Source of the DNA: a virus
Taxonomy: Duplodnaviria > Caudoviricetes
Direction: 5' to 3' (one strand)
DNA: 32,201 bases
Virus record (IMG/VR): IMGVR_UViG_3300025277_000083
Location: 1-32,201 of that record
Both the position numbers and the translations under genes were made by a program. Every line of letters starts with the position of its first letter. The first letter of the stretch is position 1. Below are positions 16,807 through 26,484 of this stretch, piece after piece. Under the pieces are notes generated by a model, which searched no databases, had not been told where the DNA came from, and was given only the letters and a program-made list of their open reading frames with translations.

Positions 16807-16822
16807 AGAGAGTCCGCTCTCT
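16807..16822 (+). other. Short hairpin with UNCG tetraloop upstream of the giant gene
   Basis: AGAGAG-TCCG-CTCTCT in the 53-nt intergenic gap, with no U-tract. Confidence 0.5.
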
Positions 16823-16848
16823 GAATACTATAAGTAAGGAAACTAACA

Positions 16849-19800
16849 ATGGCTGATGCCAAAAAGACGCCTATGAAAAGGCCAAAAGATATTCGCACAA
16901 TGTTGGGAGCAATATACAATGCTCGCAATCTTTCCAATTTAGATAAATTTATAAAAGATGTAGCACAAGTAGAAAGCTCTGGTGGTAAAAACATTGTGAG
17001 TGATATAAGTTCTGCTCGAGGTATCTATCAATTCCTAACCAAAGGTGAAGGGAATGCATTTCAAACAGGGTTAAATAGAACAGCTACTATGTATAATAGA
17101 ATGGGTTCTATACCTGATTGGGTTGTAAAAGCTAAGAAACACAACGACCCTAATAAATTGACACCTAAACAACAAGAAGATGTTATGTTGGCTAATTTGT
17201 ATCAACAAGTTGGAACCGATAAATATTTTAAAGGAGTCTTAGAAGGCAACGAAAAATCTGCAGCACAACTATATGAACAATTTCATCACACATCTAAAGA
17301 CATCACTAAAGATAAACGTATTTCTAATATATTTGGTATTGAAGCACGTCAAGAAGGGGGGCCGGTTTTGTCTGGCAAACCTTATCTTGTGGGCGAAGAT
17401 GGTCCTGAGATAATAGTACCTGAACAAAGCGGTACTGTCATTCCTAATAGTTTACTTGGAGATGATGGACAATTTTTAAACTTAAGTGAAAGAGCTGAAG
17501 AGGCTGCTGCCAGACTTAAAGCAATGAGCGAAGCACCACCTTCTTCACAGCAACCAGTCCAATCCCAAGGACCATTTGGTTATGACATCAGCCAACTGAT
17601 AGAACCAAAAGAAAAACGTAAAGTAAAATACATATCTTTTAAAGATGCTAATACTCCTTTAATAGAAGTACCTGCAGAATTTAATGATGATCAAACTAGA
17701 GAATATTTAAAATCTCAAGATGCGGCCATGCAAATGGCTAATAAAGGTTACTACTATACCTACGGATTGGAACCAGTCAATGCTAAAGATCCTGATAACT
17801 TAGATGACTGGGCTCTTACTTCTGGATTTAAGAAAGGCATAACTAGTGTAAAAAGCATGGGAGCTGGTTTGATAAACGCAGCAGCAGATACATTTGGTAA
17901 TGAACAATTAGATCAATATACTAAAACATTAATTGACCAATACAACTTAGATCAATCTGCTTACAGATTTAAATACGGGGAGACTACAGACGCGCCATTA
18001 GAAGAACGAGTAGTCACATTAGAACAAATGTTAGCAGATGAAAACAAGCTGTCTGCTTTCTTAGAATGGGCTGGTAATACTACAGGCTCAGGTGCTGCTA
18101 CTATGATACCGGCAATCCTTGCTGGTGTTGCATCTACAGTTACCACTGGTACACCTATACCAGGTATATTTTTAGTTGGTACTTCTATGGGAATAGGAGA
18201 AACCCAGATGGAACAGTTAACTAGCCAAGGTTTTGCAAGAGATGGAGATGCTAATGCAGCGTTGTCACTTACTACTGGTCTTGCATATGGTGCAGTGGAA
18301 TCCTACTTAGGTGCTCCCCGTATTATGTTTGATGCGTTTAACAAGACGTATGGAAAAGCAGTTACTAAAGAAGTACTAAAAGGCATAACTAAAACTAAAG
18401 TTAAACAAGGAGTAACTAAACCCTCTTTAGTAAAAGAATTAACAAAAGGCTTTGCTAAGTCTGCAGGCTCAGAAGGTGTCACAGAGGCCATACAAACTGC
18501 ACTTACTTCAACAGCAGCACAGCTTAATGATGGTGAATCAATATCGGATTTATATACTTCTAAAGAATTTATAAAAGAATTAGGTGAGTCAGCAGCTGCT
18601 GGTGCTATGGCTGGGGGTGCAATAGGTGGGGTCATAACTGGTCCAGCTACTTATTTTGGTAATGCTAAACGAGCAAAAGCAGTAGATGGTGCTATTATTT
18701 CAGGAGCAAAACTTAATACTGAAGATCCAGAGCTAGCTAAAGCTGGTTTTAAAATGGGTGACCGAGTATTAAAGACTGGTTTAGAAACATATACTACTGC
18801 ACTAGGTGACAGAGTTCCCACACAATTTACTATTGCTGGTACAGTAATACAAGACACTGGAGCTAAAGCAGTTCAATTGATTTATGAAACTGAAACAGAA
18901 GGTAAACCATTTATAGCTAGTGTTCTTATACCTATAGAGCATTTACCAAAATTACAAATGGTTGTAGAAGAAGCAGCAGGAGCTTCAAAAGAAGATATAG
19001 ATAATAGATTTACTAAACCTACTGAGAGAGATACTGCACGTCAACCAGATGTAAAGTCTATAGCAAAGAAATTAAAGCAACGTGGTTTTAAAAACATAGA
19101 AACTTATCTTGGCTTAGAGACAGGACAAACTGCTATTGATGCATTGATAGATGACTACAAGAGTTATAAAGCTGACAATGAAGTTATTCCTTATGAATAC
19201 AAAGTGTTTGAAAATTCCAAAGGAGAAACTTTAAATGATGAGATGCTTAAAGAAAGAGCAGCAACTATATTAAAAAGAAACAATGCTTTTGAAATATATG
19301 ATTTCTCACAAAATGAAGGTAATCAAAACACATTAACTGAACGACAAGAAACTGCTTTAGAAAAGCTAGGTTGGTTCAATGAAAACGAAGATGGCAGTCC
19401 AGCTATAGGTGCTTCAACTATTGAGCAATTAAAAAAAGATGTTAATATTGAAAAGGGCAACAAAGAAACTAACGGCCTAATTCGTATAAAAGAAATAATT
19501 AAAAACGGGGTAAGACACGAACCTAATGCTGTAAGATCAACAACTCTACCACCTACTGCTGCTGAAGCAACACTTACAGGGTTAGAACAAGATTTCCAAT
19601 ACCAAGCCCCCCAAACAAGAACAACGTCAGAGGTTGTAGGGACCGAACAAATTGAAGGGTTAGCAAGATCTAATGATCCAAGAAAAGTTGCTGAAGCTGA
19701 AGCATTAACTCAAGAACAAAAGCTATTTAAATTTGATCTTGATAAAAGTAATGAAGAGATTGCTGCCCTTAAAGAAAATAAAAAAGAATTAGATCCTGCA

Positions 19801-22800
19801 AGTGAAACATACAGACAAGATGTTATTAATTTAAACAGAAGAATAAGAAACTTACAAATAACTAAGTATGAAAGAGCTAGAAGTTCTTCACATCCTCTAT
19901 CAAGAATATTACGAATTAGAAAACTTGTAGATAGAATGGATAACAATGGTTTTAAAAGAAATATGCTACCTTTCTATAAGTATGGATTAAAGGTTGCTAA
20001 ACAAGAAAAAGATGCTACAGCAATAGCTGCATACGAAACTTTAATCAGAACATACAAACCTTCAAGAGAACATGTAGTTCCGGATAATAGAATGCGCGGC
20101 ACTGGTTTTTATTTTAATTACACTTCTGCAGCTATAAAACAGATAGAAGCATTTATATCTGAGATACAGCAACCTGAACTTTCTTTAAGTGAGTACAGAT
20201 CTTTACCAGAAAACGCTAGACGTGAGTACAGGGAATCAGTAAGACAAGTGAGAAACTTTGAAAGTATGTTGGATGAAATACAAGATGCACGTACAGAACT
20301 AAATGAATTGCTAGCAAGTTTTGATGTAGAGCCTATAACTTTTTGGGATAGGTACAAAGGCAAACCTACTACACCAGAGATAAATAAAATTAGTAAAAAG
20401 TTATTTGGTTATGAAGAAAAGGTAAGAGAAAAGAAAACAATAACTTATTGGAGTGTGGACGAAAATCCTAACTCAATAGACAGGGGCACATTAACTCAAG
20501 AGATGTTAGATGCTTTACCTATCATTAGACAACAAATGCAAAATGAATTAAATAGTTTAGGTCTAGATGCTTTGTCTGTTGATTTATTTAGTAAAGTTCT
20601 TAATGCAGAAGGCGCACAATTAAACGGTAAATTTATAGTAGGTGCTAATGCAATTCAAGTTGCACTCAATGCTAATCCTATGGTAGCTGGCAGAAAAGTT
20701 GATCCTGCATATTCTAGAAATTTTGTCATGTATCATGAATCAATGCACTACATTCTAGATAACTTAATGACACAAAAAGAAAAACAAGCATTACTTAAAG
20801 TGGCAAGAGAAGTTGGAGTAAAAAGATATAACATTAAGAAACGTTACGCAGATTTACCTGGCATGACTGAACAAGGCATGTTGGAAGAAGCTATAGCAGA
20901 TATGTTTGCTGAGTATATGACTGTTACAAGAAACGGCGCACTGTTTCAGCCTAAGGGTGTTATGGGAAAAGTCTTTGCACGTATTGCTACTTATTTAAAA
21001 ATGCTGGCTAATGCTTTAGGCTTTAATGGATTTACAGAAAGCAATAAGATATTTGAATCTTTTGACAATGGTGTTTTAAAAGCTAGAAAAGAAATAATAG
21101 ATCAAGCAGATTTGATGAAACTTGGACCGCTTAACTTAGCACGAGCTGCTAACATATCAGAACAAGATGCTATTAATTTTTTAAATAGAAAAGAAGGATC
21201 AACTACAGTTGTAGTTGGTAGTAAAACAGGTGGTGATATTGTACAAAACAAAGCCTTATACAAAGCATGGGAAGAGTATGTTGACGATAAATTGTTTAGA
21301 AGAGAGCGATCTTTAGATACTTATAGAGGTGAAGAAGGTGCACTAGTAAAAGATATGTTACAAAAAATATCAGGTTTATTTAAAGGATTAACTAATGTAA
21401 GTGGTATTCCAAATCTAGAAGTAGTAGAATCTTACTTACAACAATTAGAAAATATAGATGATAGAACCTTAAATACTATCTTTGCTTACATGCAAAACAA
21501 TGAAAGCACTATACAAGAAAGTTTACAAAGAAGTCCTGGCGAAAGTTTTCCTGTTTTAAATTTAACTACAATTTTAGAGAACTTCACTCAATCATATGCA
21601 ATAGCAAGTCAAACAAATGCTCAAATAGAAACATCTAGATTGTTTAGAAACTTACTGTTGAAAGCAGGGGGGCAGTTGGATATACAACCGATTGCACTTT
21701 ACAGAAATAGACTAGCGCGTATACGTGCAAGCATACCACTTGAATCTGATTTAACTGTAGCAGGTAGTCCAGCCATTGTTTATCACGGTACCAACTCTCC
21801 AAGTGCTGCTAATATAAGACGAAAAGGATTTAGAGTAGCTTCTAAAAAATATATAGGAATAGCAGGAAACACTCTAAGTGTACCGTATGATTCTTTTGGT
21901 TATCATTTTGGTTCATTTATTCAAGCAGACGAACGTGCAGATACAGTTAATGACGAACTTGGTGGTGGCATGGATACTATAGCTGCTGTATTGTATGTGA
22001 AGAATCCTCTTAGAATGAGAGACTTAGGAGATGATTGGGGCACAGATAAATTGCTTAATGCTTTAACAATTAAAACAGATAAAATGGAGTACGGTGATTT
22101 CGGGCCTGGTTTATTTGTTGATCAAATATTTACTAAAGAAGAAGCATCTGCTATTCGTAACTTAATAAACAAACAAACTGAAGATAAGCCTTTAAAAGAA
22201 AGAGATATTGCGTTTAACGAGTATCTTAAAGTATTAATAAATGCAAAAGGTTATGACGGAATAGTGTACCGTAATAATTATGAAGGCATAGAAGGGCACG
22301 ATCCTAGAAAAGATTCTTACATTGTGTGGAATAATAATCAATGGCAACAAGTTGATGGCAATGGCAATCCAGACATGCGTGATATAAATTATAATGCATC
22401 AGCAGATGGGCCAATCGAGATAGCAATAGCGGATGATTTCTTAAGCACCAATGAAAAAATGAGCAGACAAGATTTTAATGAGCACAATAGAAACATGGAT
22501 AAAGTTATTAAAGCTACTGAAAAGTTTTCTGCTATGGAAGGTGAGATAAGTTTAACTGACATAAGTTATTTAGGTAAATGGTTTTCAAACTTAAGTACTA
22601 TTGCTCGTAAGTATGGTGTGGTTTCTACTATGTGGAACAGTATAGATTTTATGCAAAAACTTGCACAAAAATTTCAATCTGAATTTGCAATAGCTACTAA
22701 AGATGCTTTCATGATATATGAATTACTAGGTGAAGACGCTGTATTTTTAGACAAAGCATTTTCTATTTCACAATCTTCTCCAGGACAATATCGTCCTGAC

Positions 22801-25614
22801 GCTAATGGTAACATAACATTTGTTGCTCCTGAATCTAAGACATTACATAGAAGAAACGGTGATAGTTATACTATACAAAAAGGTGAGGTTATAACTTTAC
22901 AAGGAGATGCGGCCAAAGCTTATGAAGATATAATAAAAGCTAATGTTGATGTAATGAAAAAGAATTTAATGATGACTATTAGTGGTCATCATATGGATGA
23001 TTTTCAACAAGCTCTTTCTTTGTTAGCAACTGCTTATCCAGAAAGTTTAACTGATTTAGGTTTTGATCCAGCAGTTCCTTTAACTCCAGATCAAATCATG
23101 AACTTAGAGTATCCACAGATACAAAAAATATATGATTCTCTTAAAGTATTAAACTTTAATTTTAATGAGTTAACTGTATTTGATGAGACTTTAGAATCAT
23201 CTGGTAGAATACAAGCACTACTTGGTAACGATACTGTAGGGGCAGAGACAAGATTAAGCGATGCTTTAAAAGTTGCTAAACAAACTGCTGAGTTTACAAG
23301 ATTTGATTACATACCGTTAATGAGATATGGAAACAATGCAGTTACTGTAGTTGATACTACGAAACCTCGTACTAGTAAAGATCGAGTAGTTGCATACGAA
23401 CTAGTTGAGCCACCATTAACAGAGGACAGACTTAGAGGATATACTACTGCAGGTTTAATAAGACAGATAGAAAGAAAGTTTGCTGATAAATATGCTGATC
23501 CTAAGTATGAAATAACAACAGTTAAATTAAACGAAGACATTATTAAAAAGTTTAATGATGAAGCACCTAAAGATTTTTCTGCATTAGAAGCAGTAGCAGC
23601 TAGAATGTCTGACAACAAAGGAAAGATGTTTCAAGAACTTCTTAAAGAATTAAACTCTTCAGTAAGTGAGGGCAGAATTGTAGGCTTTAATCAATTTATT
23701 ACTCCAAGAAGAGAAGTAGGTGGTGTAGATGGATACAGCGGTGACTTCATGAATGGTATTATGGCGTTCGGATTGATGGCTTCTGATTTTGCCGCACGTA
23801 ATGGTATGTCTAAAGAGGTTGCAAAAAACTATGGTAAGGCAAAAGATTATGCTGATAATCCTAGAAGTCCTAAACCAAAATTAAGAGCAGCTATTACAGG
23901 TATGTATGATTACGGTGTAGCTGATGCCCACAACTATGAGTTTTCTGGTATAAGACGTATGGGTTTCTGGTGGTTTTTAGGGGGCAATTTCTCTTCTGGT
24001 ATTTTACAGACTATGAGTGCAATACAATTTACTGGTCCGATATTATCACAATTTGCAGGAACTTATAAAACGTCAGTACAATTAACTAAAGCATTTCATG
24101 AGGCTCGTAAGATGATGACTATTGTTGAGTCAGATTATGGTGACACGTTTATGAATGTAAGCAATGCTCCTAAAGACTTGCAAGCATTAATACAGGAACG
24201 ATTTAATAATGGAACACTTAGACCTGGACAAGCTGGTTTAGAAAAAGGGCAAGCACCTAATGCTTCTATTATACCAGGCAAACGTGGTGCGGTAAGAAAA
24301 GCAGGGAGAGTATTTGAACAAGGAATTATGAGTGGTGTCTTTAATACTTTTGAAACTTTTTCACGTACTGCTGCTTGGATTGCTTCATATAGATTAGCAT
24401 CAGATCCAGAGATGCTAAGAAAAGCTGATGAATATTATAGTGGATACAATGAAATTTGGAATGCTAGAAAAGCTAGAGAAGGTGGTATTGCAACAGCTGC
24501 TATGTTTGCTGACTTAATGATTGATGAAACATTTGGTAACTACAGCAAAACTAATCGTCCTAAAATTATGAGAGGATATGGTTCAATAGCTTTCTTATTC
24601 CAAACTTATGTTAATCTAATGCTTGGATTGTTACACAGTTTATTTGTTAAAGGTAACCGAAAAACAGGCGGAGCTATATTTGCTAAAGTAATGTTAATGA
24701 TGTTTTTAACTGGCGGTGTATTAGGTATACCAGGTGGTGATGATCTTGACAGAGCTAGTGCATTTTTATTAAGACTTGCAGGATTTAATACAGATATAAG
24801 AACTGAAATGAGAAACATGTTAACAGAAGTGACAGGACCTAAAACTACTGACTTTATAATGAATGGAATGTTCGAAGCATACATGGGAGTATCTGTACAG
24901 CAAAGAATAACTTTAGGAAATTTACCTGGTATGCAACAAGTCTGGTCTATACTAGGCACTGTAGGAATGCCAACAGGTGCTAAACCTTACGAATTATTTG
25001 GAGCTCCTGGTGCTATTGCTATTGGTATACCACAACAGATGATTCAAAAGATAGGTCAACAAGGATTTGGACAAGCAGTAAAAGATTTAGATTTTTATAT
25101 GGCAGCTGCTCCTTCGTTTATTAAAAACTTTTATAGAGGGGCATATAAATATCCGACTGAAGGATATGCGGATACTAGGAAAGGTACATTACTAACAGCA
25201 GACTTAACTGTGCCAGAGTTAATCGCACAGTCGTTAGGTTTTGCTTCTAATAAAGTAGCTAAAGAAAGAGAAGCTTTATTCAGAGAAAGAATGATTGATA
25301 CGAAACATGAAAAAGCACACCGTCAATTTAATGCTAGATATAAAGAAGCATACAGAGATTTATATATGGCAGAGAATATTACATTTGATCCTACTTTAAC
25401 AGCAGATGCATATAAAAGAATACGTGAAATTAATTTAGACGTTATTAAGTTTAATACTAAGATGGATGGAAAGTATGCCTACCGTCCTGACACAGCTAGA
25501 CTGTTCGAAGAAGGTAGACAACAAGCTAATCCTAAAGCAAGGATATATAGCTCAGATAAATTAAATATAAAAGAGAAAATGAAAAACAGAGAATCTCTTG
25601 GATTAGGTTCTTAA
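16849..25614 (+). CDS. Giant polyvalent internal virion protein (lysozyme/SLT-like, metallopeptidase-like, ADP-ribosyltransferase-like and PLxRFG-like domains)
   Basis: 2921 aa. VESSGG...SSARGIYQF (16960-17034), HESMH (20734-20748) with EEAIAD (20884-20901), VYHGT (21778-21792)...GYHFGS...GYDGIVY...SYIVW, and YIPLMRYG (23308-23331). Confidence 0.85.
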   Translation: MADAKKTPMKRPKDIRTMLGAIYNARNLSNLDKFIKDVAQVESSGGKNIVSDISSARGIYQFLTKGEGNAFQTGLNRTATMYNRMGSIPDWVVKAKKHNDPNKLTPKQQEDVMLANLYQQVGTDKYFKGVLEGNEKSAAQLYEQFHHTSKDITKDKRISNIFGIEARQEGGPVLSGKPYLVGEDGPEIIVPEQSGTVIPNSLLGDDGQFLNLSERAEEAAARLKAMSEAPPSSQQPVQSQGPFGYDISQLIEPKEKRKVKYISFKDANTPLIEVPAEFNDDQTREYLKSQDAAMQMANKGYYYTYGLEPVNAKDPDNLDDWALTSGFKKGITSVKSMGAGLINAAADTFGNEQLDQYTKTLIDQYNLDQSAYRFKYGETTDAPLEERVVTLEQMLADENKLSAFLEWAGNTTGSGAATMIPAILAGVASTVTTGTPIPGIFLVGTSMGIGETQMEQLTSQGFARDGDANAALSLTTGLAYGAVESYLGAPRIMFDAFNKTYGKAVTKEVLKGITKTKVKQGVTKPSLVKELTKGFAKSAGSEGVTEAIQTALTSTAAQLNDGESISDLYTSKEFIKELGESAAAGAMAGGAIGGVITGPATYFGNAKRAKAVDGAIISGAKLNTEDPELAKAGFKMGDRVLKTGLETYTTALGDRVPTQFTIAGTVIQDTGAKAVQLIYETETEGKPFIASVLIPIEHLPKLQMVVEEAAGASKEDIDNRFTKPTERDTARQPDVKSIAKKLKQRGFKNIETYLGLETGQTAIDALIDDYKSYKADNEVIPYEYKVFENSKGETLNDEMLKERAATILKRNNAFEIYDFSQNEGNQNTLTERQETALEKLGWFNENEDGSPAIGASTIEQLKKDVNIEKGNKETNGLIRIKEIIKNGVRHEPNAVRSTTLPPTAAEATLTGLEQDFQYQAPQTRTTSEVVGTEQIEGLARSNDPRKVAEAEALTQEQKLFKFDLDKSNEEIAALKENKKELDPASETYRQDVINLNRRIRNLQITKYERARSSSHPLSRILRIRKLVDRMDNNGFKRNMLPFYKYGLKVAKQEKDATAIAAYETLIRTYKPSREHVVPDNRMRGTGFYFNYTSAAIKQIEAFISEIQQPELSLSEYRSLPENARREYRESVRQVRNFESMLDEIQDARTELNELLASFDVEPITFWDRYKGKPTTPEINKISKKLFGYEEKVREKKTITYWSVDENPNSIDRGTLTQEMLDALPIIRQQMQNELNSLGLDALSVDLFSKVLNAEGAQLNGKFIVGANAIQVALNANPMVAGRKVDPAYSRNFVMYHESMHYILDNLMTQKEKQALLKVAREVGVKRYNIKKRYADLPGMTEQGMLEEAIADMFAEYMTVTRNGALFQPKGVMGKVFARIATYLKMLANALGFNGFTESNKIFESFDNGVLKARKEIIDQADLMKLGPLNLARAANISEQDAINFLNRKEGSTTVVVGSKTGGDIVQNKALYKAWEEYVDDKLFRRERSLDTYRGEEGALVKDMLQKISGLFKGLTNVSGIPNLEVVESYLQQLENIDDRTLNTIFAYMQNNESTIQESLQRSPGESFPVLNLTTILENFTQSYAIASQTNAQIETSRLFRNLLLKAGGQLDIQPIALYRNRLARIRASIPLESDLTVAGSPAIVYHGTNSPSAANIRRKGFRVASKKYIGIAGNTLSVPYDSFGYHFGSFIQADERADTVNDELGGGMDTIAAVLYVKNPLRMRDLGDDWGTDKLLNALTIKTDKMEYGDFGPGLFVDQIFTKEEASAIRNLINKQTEDKPLKERDIAFNEYLKVLINAKGYDGIVYRNNYEGIEGHDPRKDSYIVWNNNQWQQVDGNGNPDMRDINYNASADGPIEIAIADDFLSTNEKMSRQDFNEHNRNMDKVIKATEKFSAMEGEISLTDISYLGKWFSNLSTIARKYGVVSTMWNSIDFMQKLAQKFQSEFAIATKDAFMIYELLGEDAVFLDKAFSISQSSPGQYRPDANGNITFVAPESKTLHRRNGDSYTIQKGEVITLQGDAAKAYEDIIKANVDVMKKNLMMTISGHHMDDFQQALSLLATAYPESLTDLGFDPAVPLTPDQIMNLEYPQIQKIYDSLKVLNFNFNELTVFDETLESSGRIQALLGNDTVGAETRLSDALKVAKQTAEFTRFDYIPLMRYGNNAVTVVDTTKPRTSKDRVVAYELVEPPLTEDRLRGYTTAGLIRQIERKFADKYADPKYEITTVKLNEDIIKKFNDEAPKDFSALEAVAARMSDNKGKMFQELLKELNSSVSEGRIVGFNQFITPRREVGGVDGYSGDFMNGIMAFGLMASDFAARNGMSKEVAKNYGKAKDYADNPRSPKPKLRAAITGMYDYGVADAHNYEFSGIRRMGFWWFLGGNFSSGILQTMSAIQFTGPILSQFAGTYKTSVQLTKAFHEARKMMTIVESDYGDTFMNVSNAPKDLQALIQERFNNGTLRPGQAGLEKGQAPNASIIPGKRGAVRKAGRVFEQGIMSGVFNTFETFSRTAAWIASYRLASDPEMLRKADEYYSGYNEIWNARKAREGGIATAAMFADLMIDETFGNYSKTNRPKIMRGYGSIAFLFQTYVNLMLGLLHSLFVKGNRKTGGAIFAKVMLMMFLTGGVLGIPGGDDLDRASAFLLRLAGFNTDIRTEMRNMLTEVTGPKTTDFIMNGMFEAYMGVSVQQRITLGNLPGMQQVWSILGTVGMPTGAKPYELFGAPGAIAIGIPQQMIQKIGQQGFGQAVKDLDFYMAAAPSFIKNFYRGAYKYPTEGYADTRKGTLLTADLTVPELIAQSLGFASNKVAKEREALFRERMIDTKHEKAHRQFNARYKEAYRDLYMAENITFDPTLTADAYKRIREINLDVIKFNTKMDGKYAYRPDTARLFEEGRQQANPKARIYSSDKLNIKEKMKNRESLGLGS

Positions 25615-25796
25615 GATTCTTTTTTCTTTTTATCTTCTACAGTTTCGACCTCTTTGTCTTCTGCTTGTAGTGCAGCTAGTTGCGCTCTCAACTGTGTAAT
25701 AATAACTCTGTAGTTTACTATAGATCTATCTTTATCAGCAAGCTGATTAATTAAATCCTGCATAACTATTTGTTCTTCTGTTATTTTTTCTTCCAT
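25611..25796 (-). CDS. Small coiled-coil hypothetical protein
   Basis: 61 aa with SD CAGGAG and a heptad pattern (LRAQLAALQAE). Confidence 0.7.
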   Translation of the reverse strand: MEEKITEEQIVMQDLINQLADKDRSIVNYRVIITQLRAQLAALQAEDKEVETVEDKKKKES

Positions 25797-25823
25797 GTTA
25801 GTCTCCTGGTTGGTTGTTAAAAA

Positions 25824-26261
25824 TTATTTCTTTACTAATGATCCACCAAAGTATAGACCAGTAATTGCCGCCACTAAATTAGTATCGAGTGGTGTAATAA
25901 CTATACCTCTATGAGCCATAGGTACCCACTGCATAACATCCTTGCCTTCAAGGAATAAAAAGCCAGGTTTAAATTCTAGATAACCTACGATTACTTGTGC
26001 TTGTGGGTCTATTAGTGGTAATATTTTTGGGAGAACTATGATAGCAAAGATAGCAGTTAGTGCTATGATTCTTCTAGTCCATTGGAATCCTACGTTCTCA
26101 TATTCTCTTGCTTCTTTAAATGCCTCAGTCTGTATTTTAGATCTAGCTAAAAGCATTTTTTGTTCAGCTTGTTTAGCTTTTATGTTTTGAGACCATATGC
26201 TCATGACTCCACCGAGAACAGTGGAGCCAAGCATGGTAATCATTTCGAATGGAATGCCCAT
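25824..26261 (-). CDS. Holin-like membrane protein
   Basis: 145 aa with three hydrophobic segments (ITMLGSTVLGGVMSIW, IIALTAIFAIIVLPKIL, LVAAITGLYFGG). The TRR..A and YFG motifs resemble 3TM holins. Confidence 0.6.
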   Translation of the reverse strand: MGIPFEMITMLGSTVLGGVMSIWSQNIKAKQAEQKMLLARSKIQTEAFKEAREYENVGFQWTRRIIALTAIFAIIVLPKILPLIDPQAQVIVGYLEFKPGFLFLEGKDVMQWVPMAHRGIVITPLDTNLVAAITGLYFGGSLVKK

Positions 26262-26368
26262 TAGTTTATAATGATTCCTATAATAACCACAATACCTACT
26301 GCAATTATAATTTTAACTTTCTTATCAAGACCATTAAACCAGTCTTTAATTAGATTTATTTTTTCCAT
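26261..26368 (-). CDS. 35-aa single-pass membrane peptide (not in the ORF track)
   Basis: My translation is MEKINLIKDWFNGLDKKVKIIIAVGIVVIIGIIIN. SD AAGGA, and its stop overlaps the holin-like start (TAATG). Confidence 0.7.
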   Translation of the reverse strand: MEKINLIKDWFNGLDKKVKIIIAVGIVVIIGIIIN

Positions 26369-26459
26369 TTGCTTTCCTTTTCTTTTTAACAACGCCAATA
26401 GTTTTATTGTTAAGCATCTTTGCTAATTCTGCAAAACTTATACTTTTTTCTTTTGACAT
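26346..26459 (-). CDS. 37-aa basic peptide (not in the ORF track)
   Basis: My translation is MSKEKSISFAELAKMLNNKTIGVVKKKRKANGKNKSN. AAGGA lies upstream and the ORF fills the operon gap. Confidence 0.5.
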   Translation of the reverse strand: MSKEKSISFAELAKMLNNKTIGVVKKKRKANGKNKSN

Positions 26460-26484
26460 TGATTGTTGATTAGTCCTTGCTTAG

